From Pirellulales bacterium (GTDB lineage: Bacteria > Planctomycetota > Planctomycetia > Pirellulales > UBA1268), in the NCBI GenBank assembly GCA_044376405.1, contig JBILKZ010000002.1, forward strand, positions 1,466 through 65,465: DNA of 64,000 nucleotides, given 5' to 3'. Shown here piece after piece: positions 1 to 8,575 of the stretch; the stretch's first letter is position 1; the number at the start of each line of letters is the position of its first letter. The notes beneath the pieces are model-generated. The model was not told where the DNA came from, searched no databases, and worked only from the letters and a program-made list of their open reading frames with translations. A program made the position numbers and the translations under genes.

Positions 1-192
1 CTTGATCACGTCCATCGGCCGCAGGTCTGCCTGCGTGTAGGCGTATTCCGTGGGGAAAATAACGTTTTCCGCCGCCATCACCGTCCGCTGCTCAAGCTGC
101 TCCAAATCGAACTGCCTCTGGACCCGTTTGGCCCCACGGTTGGCATGCTTGCGGACGGGAAAAGCCGATCGAAACCCGGTGTGGCGACTCAT
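1..192 (-). CDS. hypothetical secreted protein, N-terminal fragment (gene runs off window start)
   Basis: Minus-strand ATG at 192-190 opens a frame that is still open at position 1. My translation is MSRHTGFRSAFPVRKHANRGAKRVQRQFDLEQLEQRTVMAAENVIFPTEYAYTQADLRPMDVIK. It has a basic leader plus an LEQLEQR-type motif as seen at N-termini of large planctomycete exported proteins. It is absent from the ORF track because it is truncated. Confidence 0.4.
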   Translation of the reverse strand, partial: MSRHTGFRSAFPVRKHANRGAKRVQRQFDLEQLEQRTVMAAENVIFPTEYAYTQADLRPMDVIK

Positions 193-596
193 TGCAACAA
201 CCTTTTCAGTAAGAACAGTGAGAGCGATTACTCCTCTGCAGAATAGAATCTACGCGCTGTTTCTGGTACGGCAAGTTTTTGGCGCATTATTTTTTCGCGG
301 GGGATCGCGAGGGTCCTTTCTCGCACAAAAAGGCCGTTTCCCTGTGGGATCGCCCGCCCCCGCCGCCGGTCATTCGGCCGCCAAAAATGGCTCAATCCAT
401 CGTTTTCGGCTCTTCAGCCCGCAGATGGGGCCGCCGTCAAACCATGTGCAGCAGGCCATCCTCGTGGGGGGAGTTAGCGAGGAACAGATGGCCGGGTTCT
501 ACGCCGCCAGCACGCTGCTCCATACCCAAGACTGGCTATCAGAAAACGGCTAGTCCATTTGTGACGACGGGGACATTCGCGTTTCGGTCCGCACGC

Positions 597-1307
597 TTAT
601 GCCGGGAAAGAGGCCCGCGTTGCCGGTCTCGCCGCTTTCAGCCGACGACGCTCAAGCAACCCCAGCGACCCCAAGACAAGAGCCAGAACACTTCCAACGC
701 TATTCGGGTCGATCTCGGGGACGGATGAGGCCGAGCCACCAGAGACGGTGAAGGTGGCACCCTGATCTGTGGCATCACTCTTAAGGAAGAGCCCAACATT
801 CGTGTAGAGACCACGGACGACTTGAGCGCCGGAACCCAAGAAAGGCGACTGTAGATCGGTGTAGAGTCCGGCACCCGCCACGCTAAGATGAGTAGAGCCA
901 GATGAGCCGTCGCCGGCGAGGTACCCGAAAGAATCAACGCCGTAACCGGGTGTGTCAAAACTGCGATCGATACTGAAAACGCCCACTTGCTGGCCGATGG
1001 AACCATCCGTCACCATGGTTGCCTGGAGCGTGGAACTCCCCGTCGTAATGGTCAAAAGGGGCGTCATAGCAAGGAACTTGAAGGGTATTACGCCAGAAAG
1101 TGTTCCAGTAACGACGTTCGTCGGATCAGCCGTCCCAGTGATTGACCACGTTGCGTCGGTGAACGGAGTGCCACCGAGGGTGCCCGTGATGATCCCGCCC
1201 GTGGCGGTGTACGTTAGCGTTGACGCATCCGCCGCCGATGGAGCGGCCAGCATGGATGCCAATGCGATCAGCCCAACGGAAAGCGTCTGGAACGAGATGC
1301 GAATCAT
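597..1307 (-). CDS. PEP-CTERM sorting-domain protein
   Basis: N-terminal signal peptide (MIRISFQTLSVGLIALASMLAAPSAADA). C-terminal VPEIDPNSVGSVLALVLGSLGLLERRRLK gives the PEP-like motif, a TM helix and an Arg cluster. The body is Gly/Thr/Ser-rich. Confidence 0.85.
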   Translation of the reverse strand: MIRISFQTLSVGLIALASMLAAPSAADASTLTYTATGGIITGTLGGTPFTDATWSITGTADPTNVVTGTLSGVIPFKFLAMTPLLTITTGSSTLQATMVTDGSIGQQVGVFSIDRSFDTPGYGVDSFGYLAGDGSSGSTHLSVAGAGLYTDLQSPFLGSGAQVVRGLYTNVGLFLKSDATDQGATFTVSGGSASSVPEIDPNSVGSVLALVLGSLGLLERRRLKAARPATRASFPA

Positions 1308-1625
1308 GATCGTGGCTCTTGGGATCGGACGGAGGGCGTTGCCGGAATAAAAGCTCTGTTTTTACTTCCGGCCCCAACCGTGTCAAACAAATGGCCAAAA
1401 ACCGCTAAAACGCCCGTACATCACGGCTTGCAAGGGCATGCGAAGGTCGATCACTGGCACTCGTTGGCCGGCAAACCAGCAACAATCCCCTATTTCCTGT
1501 CCAATAATGATCACGTAACGTTCACGATCAGGTCTTGGGGTTGATTGCCCGTCCTGCTACCGTTTCCGCTTCCATTCCCACCAAGGGCTTGGGGGCAGGA
1601 CCCTTACCTAGATAACGCATTGTGG

Positions 1626-2261
1626 ATGACCATGGGCCGTAAACCGCAGCAAGCTCGTAGCATTCTTTCGATGGCCAGAATGCTCGACGCCGCAGAGGCC
1701 ATTTTCGCAGAGGGCGGGGACAGCTCCCTCACTGTGGAAGCGGTCATCAGGCGTGCGAAAACTTCGGTGGGAAACTTCTACGGCCGCTTCGGCGACCGCG
1801 ACGGCCTCCTGAAAGCAATGCATGAGCGGTTTCTCTTGCGGCTTGGAGGCGCGGCGCACGTGGCGGTCGCAGCAGCCGGCAACGAAAAAACCCTGGTCGG
1901 CGCAATCGAGGTGTTCCTCTCGCACGTCTTCACTGCCACGCAGGAGTACCGCAACTCGGCCCGCTTCTTCGTTCTTCACCGTTCGGCCGACACGACCCTG
2001 CGGGCGCAGGGCATCCGGGCGAACGCCGTGTTTGCCGGCATCTTCACCACGCTCGTGCTGAGCCACCGCGAGGAGATCACCCATGCCCACCCGGAGACCG
2101 CGACCGATGTGGCCTGGCGGTTGATGTTTGCGGCTTTAGCCCAGCAGATGATGTTCGACGACCACGAAGTCAGCGGCAAGCCGATAACCATCCCGGAGTT
2201 GGTGCACGAAATCGCCTGCTGCCTCGGGGCCTACCTCAAGGCACCCCCGGCGAAACACTGA
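1626..2261 (+). CDS. TetR/AcrR family transcriptional regulator
   Basis: N-terminal HTH region ARSILSMARMLDAAEAIFAEGGDSSLTVEAVIRRAKTSVGNFYGRFGDRDGLL. The ATG at 1626 is preferred over the ORF-track start at 1545, which adds a Pro-rich leader. Confidence 0.85.
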   Translation: MTMGRKPQQARSILSMARMLDAAEAIFAEGGDSSLTVEAVIRRAKTSVGNFYGRFGDRDGLLKAMHERFLLRLGGAAHVAVAAAGNEKTLVGAIEVFLSHVFTATQEYRNSARFFVLHRSADTTLRAQGIRANAVFAGIFTTLVLSHREEITHAHPETATDVAWRLMFAALAQQMMFDDHEVSGKPITIPELVHEIACCLGAYLKAPPAKH

Positions 2262-2397
2262 TCGCACGTTCCGGCAGATCGGGTGCCCGGTCTCGCACGG
2301 CACGCTGGCGGATTCTTCCTTCAGCTGGATCCTCGGCGGCGGAACCAGATCCGCGAGCCGGAACCCAGATTTCGTGGAGGGCACCTTTTTCTTTCGA

Positions 2398-3678
2398 TCA
2401 GTCTCGCTGGCGAGGCAGCATGAGCCCCAGGGGCGTGCACCTGATGCGGTCTTCGCCGCGGCGGAAAGTCTCCCAGGCCTCGGAGTAACTGAGATCCTCG
2501 CGCTTGGCGAGCCTCAAGCAGGAGTAGCCCAGGAACGAGGCCATCAGGATCCGGAACGGCGTCATGGGTTGTGAGAGGTCGACCGTCATCGCAATCCTCC
2601 GCAGCGCATCGGTTTCCCGGCCCCACGTGGCCGCGTAGGCCGCCAACGCAGCATCCAGCGAATCGCGATGCTCGTGCAGGCACTGAGCGAGCACCGTCGC
2701 GCCTTCCATGGCCGCATTCACTCCCTGCCCCACGGGAGGCACCGGAGCGCCAGCATCGCCCAGCAGCGCCACCCGCCCGGCCACGAGAGACGAGCATCGC
2801 TTGGTCTTGCCGGTCGGCAGACATTGCCGCTGGCTGAACTCCTCCACTTTTGTATCGGAGGCGAAATGCCGCAGCAGGGGATGGGCCCTGTCGAGAAAAC
2901 GACCGGCATCGGCGGCGGAGTCGAATCGCCTCGTGCCGCTGAACCCGATCTGGCAGAACCAGCGCGGATCCGCCGGGCCTCCGGGGCCGTTGATCGCCCC
3001 GGCCACTGCCGTCACAGGATGGACCGCAAGGACATAGAGATACTGCGGATCGAGTTCGTCGAGGTGCTTGTCCAGATGCAGCATCAGGGAATGGTTGCCC
3101 AGATCGGCTCCCTCGACTGCAAACCCGCTGGCCTGCTCGGCGATCGACCGCCGCACGCCGCTGCCGCCGCCGTCGCAGCCCACGACCAGATCGAACCGTC
3201 GCACTTCACCGGCCGCGTCACCCCGCGACGCGATGAGGAGCTGTGGCTGCCCGGCATCGACGAGGGTCGCCTCCGCTCCGAAGTGGAGGGCCGCGGAATC
3301 TGCATGCCGCTCAAGCAGATGGGCCTGGAGACAGCGGCAGATGTCCCCGCGGCTCCCCGTCCAGCCCCTGCCGTGATAGGCCTCCTCTGCGAAGCCAGCC
3401 CCGAGCCGACGAAGCCAAGGGTGGGCGGCGATTCTCAGCCCCTTGAAGTGAATGAGCCCGGCATCGAAACGGTCGGTGATGCCGATGAAGCGAGCCGCTC
3501 GCAGACCGTGGCCCGTGATGTCGATCGTGTAGCTGCGGTCGGGGTTGTAGGTTTCGGCGCTGAAGTGGTCTTCGGCACGCTCGAATACCGCGATCTCAAA
3601 CCCGCCCTGCTGGGCCAACGCCGCAGCGAGCGTCAGACCCGCGGGCCCACCACCGACGATCGCCACGCTGAATGTCAC
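2398..3678 (-). CDS. FAD-dependent monooxygenase (kynurenine 3-monooxygenase-like)
   Basis: GxGxxG dinucleotide fold VAIVGGGPAGLTLA...VFER, a DG motif VVGCDGGGSGVRR, and the late FAD motif LLGDAGAPVPPVGQGVNAAMEGATVL. Confidence 0.8.
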   Translation of the reverse strand: MTFSVAIVGGGPAGLTLAAALAQQGGFEIAVFERAEDHFSAETYNPDRSYTIDITGHGLRAARFIGITDRFDAGLIHFKGLRIAAHPWLRRLGAGFAEEAYHGRGWTGSRGDICRCLQAHLLERHADSAALHFGAEATLVDAGQPQLLIASRGDAAGEVRRFDLVVGCDGGGSGVRRSIAEQASGFAVEGADLGNHSLMLHLDKHLDELDPQYLYVLAVHPVTAVAGAINGPGGPADPRWFCQIGFSGTRRFDSAADAGRFLDRAHPLLRHFASDTKVEEFSQRQCLPTGKTKRCSSLVAGRVALLGDAGAPVPPVGQGVNAAMEGATVLAQCLHEHRDSLDAALAAYAATWGRETDALRRIAMTVDLSQPMTPFRILMASFLGYSCLRLAKREDLSYSEAWETFRRGEDRIRCTPLGLMLPRQRD

Positions 3679-3754
3679 GTCTTGTCCTCGAGGATTCCGT
3701 CAAAACCAGAGAGTATCCTCGAGATTCATCCGGCGCCAACGCAAGCCATGAGAT

Positions 3755-4576
3755 TCAAGGGGCCGGCCGGGGCCCCGACAGCCCCTTGCCGAGATGCATG
3801 CCCGAATCGAGCAGCAGCAGTTCGCCCGTCATCGTGGCGGCACCATCGATCAACCAGATCACCGCATCGGCAACCTCCCCCGGAGTGCTGGCCCGCTCCA
3901 GCGGAACGGCCCGTTCGTATTGGCTCTTCAGCAGCTCCATGCCGCCCTCGCCGGCTCCGCTCGCAAACCAACGGCTGAGAATCAGACCCGGGCAGACGGC
4001 ATTCACCCGCACATGCGGTGCAAGCATCCTCGCCATGTTCAGGGTCAGGGCGTTGAGCGCTCCTTTGGAGGCGATGTAGGGGGCCGAGGTGCCGATCCCG
4101 AGCGCCCCTGCCATCGACGAGACGTTCACGATCGCCCCCTTGGCTTTCGTCAGCTCCGGCGCACAGGCGCGGATCATCTGGAAGGGTCCGATCAGATTCA
4201 CAGCGTAGATGTCATGGAAGACCTGCGCATCGACCCCTTCCCAGCCCGCCATGCTGGCAACCGACGTGCGGCCCGCATTGTTCACGAGCGCGTCGATGCG
4301 TCCCCAGCGATCGACTGCGGCGCCGACCATACTGCGGCAGGCAGCGTCGTCGGCGACGTCGGCCCGCACCAGCAGCGTGTCGGCACCAGCCGCGGCGCAG
4401 GCTGCGGCAGATGCCGCGGCTTCGGCCTCGCTCTTCGTGTAGTTGATGACGACGTCGTACCCGCGGCGCGCCAAGCCCAGCACCGTGGCGGCGCCCACGC
4501 CTGTGGCAGACCCTGTCACGACGGCGACCTTTCGCTCTGGCATCTCAACCTCCCTGCGCATTGGTCTCGCTACCAT
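3755..4576 (-). CDS. SDR family oxidoreductase
   Basis: VAVVTGSATGVGAA (TGxxxGxG), NNAG, and catalytic YIASKGAL (YxxxK). An alternative ATG lies at 4543. Confidence 0.85.
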   Translation of the reverse strand: MVARPMRREVEMPERKVAVVTGSATGVGAATVLGLARRGYDVVINYTKSEAEAAASAAACAAAGADTLLVRADVADDAACRSMVGAAVDRWGRIDALVNNAGRTSVASMAGWEGVDAQVFHDIYAVNLIGPFQMIRACAPELTKAKGAIVNVSSMAGALGIGTSAPYIASKGALNALTLNMARMLAPHVRVNAVCPGLILSRWFASGAGEGGMELLKSQYERAVPLERASTPGEVADAVIWLIDGAATMTGELLLLDSGMHLGKGLSGPRPAP

Positions 4577-4669
4577 CCACGACCCACACCGTATCGCAAA
4601 CGGCGCCGGTGGTGAATTGAGCAGCGTGTTTTGCGGGCACCAAATGAAAATGGGCTGCGCACCTTGCGA

Positions 4670-4785
4670 TGCCCAGCGGCCAGAACGCTGCCGAGACTAT
4701 TCGGGTCGATCTCGGGAACGGCGGAAGTTGATGCCCCACTCCGTGCGAGACGAAAACCGTAGTTGTTGTCCTCTCTGAAAAGCAA
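4670..4785 (-). pseudogene. relic of a PEP-CTERM anchor (C-terminal fragment only)
   Basis: The frame directly after the toxin stop reads ...STSAVPEIDPNSLGSVLAAGHRKV. The DNA at 4690-4720 closely matches the anchor-coding DNA of the 597-1307 gene (ctattcgggtcgatctcgggga/ac). There is no signal peptide or body, and the TM/Arg tail is degraded. Confidence 0.45.
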
Positions 4786-5106
4786 TCACGAAAGGCCGAG
4801 CCACTTACGAACAACTGCGGCAACTGCGTCCATCTGATCGGACGTCAGAACGCCAAGGCGGCGCACCAACCTCACATGAGGGATCGAGATGATGTTCTGC
4901 GCATCAAAGACGCCCAGCTTCAGAAATCGGGCCGGGACAGCAACCTCGAAATCGGATCCCCTCGCGCTCGTAGTGTGGGCGACGACTGTCACGAGCACAC
5001 GATCGTTGGGCCCAGCCGCCGGAACGCTGAAAACCAAGCATGGCCGGATCTTCGCGACCATGCCGAGGTCGACCAGCCAAACTTCACCGCGGAGAGGATT
5101 GGCCAT
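4786..5106 (-). CDS. type II toxin, PemK/MazF-like mRNA interferase
   Basis: MANPLRGEVWLVDLGMVAKIRPCLVFSVP... is the typical PemK N-terminus. Size is about 106 aa. It overlaps the upstream small ORF by 23 nt. The ORF-track start at 5166 is considered too long. Confidence 0.8.
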   Translation of the reverse strand: MANPLRGEVWLVDLGMVAKIRPCLVFSVPAAGPNDRVLVTVVAHTTSARGSDFEVAVPARFLKLGVFDAQNIISIPHVRLVRRLGVLTSDQMDAVAAVVRKWLGLS

Positions 5107-5290
5107 CGCCAGCCTCTCGCGAGTCCAGGTCGAGGAACAACTCCTCAGCGACAGCGACGAGAGCATCGTCGCCTATATCGCCCGCTTCGCCCTGAACAAC
5201 CTGCCTTAGCAGCAGGCTGGCAGCCTCGTGTTTTTCCGCATCGCTGAGCGACTGGAATGACCGGAGAAGGTCACGGACGGCACTGGTCAT
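5084..5290 (-). CDS. putative antitoxin (unclassified fold)
   Basis: 68-aa acidic helical protein (…SLSDAEKHEAASLLLRQVV…AEELFLDLDSRE) immediately upstream of the MazF-like gene and overlapping it. Assigned by position only. Confidence 0.5.
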   Translation of the reverse strand: MTSAVRDLLRSFQSLSDAEKHEAASLLLRQVVQGEAGDIGDDALVAVAEELFLDLDSREAGDGQSSPR

Positions 5291-5309
5291 GAACGGAGTC
5301 TCACGGAAG

Positions 5310-5327
5310 GCGTACTTAAGTGTACGC
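5310..5327. promoter_or_regulatory. candidate TA operator palindrome GCGTAC-N6-GTACGC
   Basis: Perfect 6-bp inverted arms about 20-37 nt upstream of the antitoxin start codon (5290). Confidence 0.3.
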
Positions 5328-5504
5328 GAGAACAGGCGTCACGCCAAGGGGAACCCAGTATCCAGAACGGTAGCGATCAATGGCTCGCGACCCTACGCGA
5401 ACCACTCCGACCGATTTTACCGCGAGTCAGCTACATTGCTTGGTTCCGTATGCTTCCCTGACGCTGCCCCCAACTTGGTGCCAGCCTGGTTGTTAGCCAT
5501 GCAG

Positions 5505-5536
5505 GGCCGGTAGCTGGGCATGCCCAACTACCGGCC
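5505..5536 (-). terminator. hairpin downstream of tRNA-Val
   Basis: 16-bp inverted arms ggccggtagctgggca/tgcccaactaccggcc. The single mismatch becomes a G-U pair on the minus-strand transcript. There is no clear U-run. Confidence 0.4.
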
Positions 5537-5570
5537 GTGATCTGTCGCGATCTGTCGCGAGAAAAGAAAG

Positions 5571-5644
5571 TGGGCGACGAGGGACTCGAACCCCCAACCC
5601 CCTCGGTGTAAACGAGGTGCTCTGACCAATTGAGCTAGTCGCCC
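5571..5644 (-). tRNA. tRNA-Val (anticodon TAC)
   Basis: Hand-folded cloverleaf: acceptor GGGCGAC/GTCGCCC, D stem GCTC/GAGC, anticodon stem CCTCG/CGAGG with loop TTTACAC, and T arm GGGGG-TTCGAGT-CCCTC. Discriminator is A and CCA is not encoded. Confidence 0.93.
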
Positions 5645-5696
5645 GAATGGATCGCGAGCCGCCACAACACGCGGCAGCCAGCGACACCGACCTTGT

Positions 5697-7502
5697 TTAT
5701 TTCGTGTCTCCAGCGGGAGCAGATTCAGGTTTTGGCGGCGGCACGATCACGCGGATGCCAAGCTCCACCAACTGCTTCGTGTCGACGCCGCCGGGGGCGC
5801 CCGTCATCAGGTCGCTCGCCTTCTGCGTCTTCGGGAAGGCGATCACGTCGCGGATCGAGTCGAGCTTCGCAAACAGCATCACCCAGCGGTCGATGCCGAG
5901 CGCAATGCCGCCATGCGGCGGGGCCCCGCTCCGCAGCGCGTCGAGCAGGAAGCCAAACCGCTCGCGGGCCAGCTCCGGCGAGATGCCGAGCAGGTTGAAC
6001 ACCTTCTCCTGCGTGCCGCCGTCGTGGATGCGGATCGTGCCGCCCCCCGCCTCGGAGCCGTTGATCACGAGATCGTAGGCCACCGCCCGGCAAGCTGCCG
6101 GATCGCTCTCGAGCAGCTCGAGATCGGCAGGCCGGGGCGCCGTAAATGGATGATGCATCGATGCCCAGCCACCGCTCTCCGTGTCGCGGGCAAACATCGG
6201 GAAATCGACCACCCACGAGAAGTGCATCGTGTCGGCGTCATACAGCTTGAGCTCCGCCCCCAGCCGCTTTCGCAGCATGTGCAACGCCTTGCAGGTGACG
6301 TCGAACGAGTCGGCCACGATCAGCACGAGATCGCCCGGCTCCACCGCCAGCTTCTCGCGCAGATTGTCGCCCACCGGCCCGACGAGGTTCTTCGCCACCG
6401 GCCCGGCCCATCCGCCCTCAGCCTCCACCTTCAGCCAGACGAGCCCCTTGGCCCCGCCCTCCATCGCCACGGCCGTGAGGGTATCGAGATCCTTGCGGGA
6501 GAACCGCTCCGCCACGCCCGGCACGCGGATGCCACGCACGCGGCCACCCGCCTCCACCGCCGCCCGGAAGACACGGAAGTCGCTCTCACCCGCGATACTC
6601 GTCAGGTCGACGATCTCCAGACCGTAGCGAAGATCGGGCGCGTCGTGCCCAAACCGCTCCATCGCCTCGTCCCACGAGAGCCGCGGCAGCGGCAGCGTCA
6701 CGTCGAGGCCGAGGATCTCGCGGGCCGTCCGCTGCACGAGCCCCTCGATCACGCCCATCACGTCGTCCGCCTCGACGAACGACATCTCCACGTCGAGCTG
6801 CGTAAACTCCGGCTGCCGGTCGGCCCGCAGATCCTCGTCGCGGAAGCACCGCGCCACCTGCACGTAGCGATCGAAGCCCGCCATCATCAAGAGCTGCTTG
6901 TAGAGCTGCGGCGACTGCGGCAGCGCGAAGAACGAGCCGTGGTCGAGCCGACTGGGCACGAGGTAATCCCTCGCCCCCTCCGGCGTGCTCCGGCCGAGCA
7001 TCGGCGTCTCCACGTCGATGAAGCCGAGACCATCGAAGTGATCCCGCATGATCTTCACCATCCGGCTCCGCAGGAAGAGGTTTTCCTGCATCGCACTCCG
7101 GCGGAGATCGAGCCAGCGGTTCGTGAGCCGCACCTCCTCGCCCGGCAGGTCGGTCGCCCCCGGCTGAAAGACCGGCGTCTCGGCCTCGTTGAGCACGGAG
7201 AGTTCGTGGCAGGCCACTTCGATCCCGCCCGTGGCGAGCTTCGGATTCGTGGTGCCATCGGGCCGCATGCCAACCCTGCCCTGCACGCGGATCACCCACT
7301 CAGGCCGCACCGCGCGGGCCGCGGCAAGCACGCCCGCCGGGCTGTCGGGCCCCGCCACCACCTGCGTGCGGCCCCAGCGGTCGCGGAGGTCGATGAAGAT
7401 CACTCCCTTGTGGTCGCGGACACGATCAACCCAGCCGCAGAGCGAGACGGTCTCGCCGAGGTTGTCCGGTCGCAACTGGCCGCAGGTGTGACTTCTCAGC
7501 AC
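5697..7502 (-). CDS. aspS: aspartate--tRNA ligase
   Basis: MLRSHTCGQLR...VSLCGWVDRVRDHKGVIFIDLRDRWG OB-fold N-terminus. Class II motifs are FRDEDLRADRQPEFTQLD and GGGTIRIH...PPHGGIALGIDR. Length 601 aa. Confidence 0.97.
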   Translation of the reverse strand: MLRSHTCGQLRPDNLGETVSLCGWVDRVRDHKGVIFIDLRDRWGRTQVVAGPDSPAGVLAAARAVRPEWVIRVQGRVGMRPDGTTNPKLATGGIEVACHELSVLNEAETPVFQPGATDLPGEEVRLTNRWLDLRRSAMQENLFLRSRMVKIMRDHFDGLGFIDVETPMLGRSTPEGARDYLVPSRLDHGSFFALPQSPQLYKQLLMMAGFDRYVQVARCFRDEDLRADRQPEFTQLDVEMSFVEADDVMGVIEGLVQRTAREILGLDVTLPLPRLSWDEAMERFGHDAPDLRYGLEIVDLTSIAGESDFRVFRAAVEAGGRVRGIRVPGVAERFSRKDLDTLTAVAMEGGAKGLVWLKVEAEGGWAGPVAKNLVGPVGDNLREKLAVEPGDLVLIVADSFDVTCKALHMLRKRLGAELKLYDADTMHFSWVVDFPMFARDTESGGWASMHHPFTAPRPADLELLESDPAACRAVAYDLVINGSEAGGGTIRIHDGGTQEKVFNLLGISPELARERFGFLLDALRSGAPPHGGIALGIDRWVMLFAKLDSIRDVIAFPKTQKASDLMTGAPGGVDTKQLVELGIRVIVPPPKPESAPAGDTK

Positions 7503-7565
7503 GGGTCGATCCTCTTTCTGATGGAACGTGAGCGGGAGCGGGCGATCAGTGTCGCACAGCCGCGG

Positions 7566-7760
7566 TCATTGGACCAGCGACATCACGAGCATGGCCACGG
7601 CCAGCAGAATCGAAACGGCCAGCGCCCCGATGGCGATCGGCGCCACGAGCGTCAGCGCCGATGCCCCAAGCGACTCGGCCGCGAACATGACCGTGAACGA
7701 GAGCACCACGAAGAGCAGGGCCAAGGCGAGTGCCGACCAGGCAAGAACTTTCTGCAGCAT
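7566..7760 (-). CDS. small hydrophobic membrane protein, hypothetical
   Basis: 64 aa with two predicted TM helices, filling the aspS-dcd gap on the same strand. No recognisable family. Confidence 0.4.
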   Translation of the reverse strand: MLQKVLAWSALALALLFVVLSFTVMFAAESLGASALTLVAPIAIGALAVSILLAVAMLVMSLVQ

Positions 7761-7767
7761 CGCTGGA

Positions 7768-8406
7768 TTACCTCACCGCGCCCGTGGGTGCCGCGGCCCG
7801 GACCGTGCGGCCCGACACCGGCGCTGCCGCACCACCGTGCCGGTCGTTCGCGAATTCCAGATGCAGCTGCTGGCTGCCGTCGGGCGTGGTGCCCAGCTCG
7901 CGAAACAGCTGGCTCGGCTGGATGTCGCGGTTGTGCTGGTATTTTTCACTGGAGTATTCGGTGATGTCGCCGGCGATCTCATGGAAGAAGATCTGGCAGA
8001 TCGGCACGCCCGGATAGATCTTCACCGGCTGCACGGCAAACATCTCCAGCGTCCAGTAGCCGCAGAACCCGACGTCGCCGAAGCCGGCGGTCACGTGCAC
8101 GAACAGGCCGAGCCGTCCGATCGAACTGCGGCCCTCGATCATCGGCACGTAGTTGTGGGTTTCGGTCCGCTCCACCGTGCGGCCCAGATAGAGCTGGTTG
8201 GGCGTGAGCACCAGGCCGTCCTCTGGAATCCGGATCCGCTCCACGCGGTTGCTCTTCCGCATGTCGAGCACGACCTCTTCGTAGACGAGCAGTTCGTCGT
8301 GGAGGGAGAGGTTGTAGCTGTTGGGGTTGAGCCGGTTTTCGTCGAACGGCTCGATGATGATGTTGGTGCCGAGCTGCTGCCTGATCTCGTTGCCGGAGAG
8401 GATCAT
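7768..8406 (-). CDS. dcd: dCTP deaminase
   Basis: MILSGNEIRQQLGTNIIIEPFDENRLNPNSYNLSLHDEL...IEGRSSIGRLGLFVHVTAGFGDVGFCGYWTLEM. The ATG at 8406 is preferred over the track start at 8607. It has a C-terminal extension of about 40 aa. Confidence 0.9.
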   Translation of the reverse strand: MILSGNEIRQQLGTNIIIEPFDENRLNPNSYNLSLHDELLVYEEVVLDMRKSNRVERIRIPEDGLVLTPNQLYLGRTVERTETHNYVPMIEGRSSIGRLGLFVHVTAGFGDVGFCGYWTLEMFAVQPVKIYPGVPICQIFFHEIAGDITEYSSEKYQHNRDIQPSQLFRELGTTPDGSQQLHLEFANDRHGGAAAPVSGRTVRAAAPTGAVR

Positions 8407-8575
8407 GGATGGTTCCCTGGGAAGGAGCGCACCGGACCGGGAGCAATCAGAAACGCGAAGCAGGCCATATACGCTATCGATGAGGAACGTGATTGTAAGC
8501 TTTGTGGGCCTGAGTGCCCATGACCCGACGTCTGAGATTTTTCTCGCCGCATGATCGGGCAGCCACCGACGATTT

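Noticed and set aside
440-553. Possible relic of a glycosyltransferase C-terminus (…AILVGGVSEEQMAGFYAASTLLHTQDW)
   Set aside because: The resemblance to the GT4 pattern (G-x-V-S-x-E-E-L-x-x-x-Y-x-x-A) is short. It is followed immediately by a stop and preceded by non-coding-looking sequence. Too weak to call without a database search.
5289-5513. 74-aa plus-strand ORF between the TA pair and tRNA-Val
   Set aside because: No ribosome-binding context, no motif, and it runs through the tRNA-proximal hairpin. Probably non-coding.
4786-5700. tRNA-adjacent genomic island or integrative element
   Set aside because: No integrase or recombinase gene is present, and I found no direct repeat of the tRNA 3' end in the window. 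Only a TA pair and a gene relic are present, so I report it as a rearrangement footprint rather than a mobile element.
5913-7964. 683-aa plus-strand ORF antisense to aspS and dcd
   Set aside because: It is Arg/His/Pro/Gly-rich low-complexity translation with no motif, and it mirrors a confidently identified gene. This is the typical high-GC antisense open frame.
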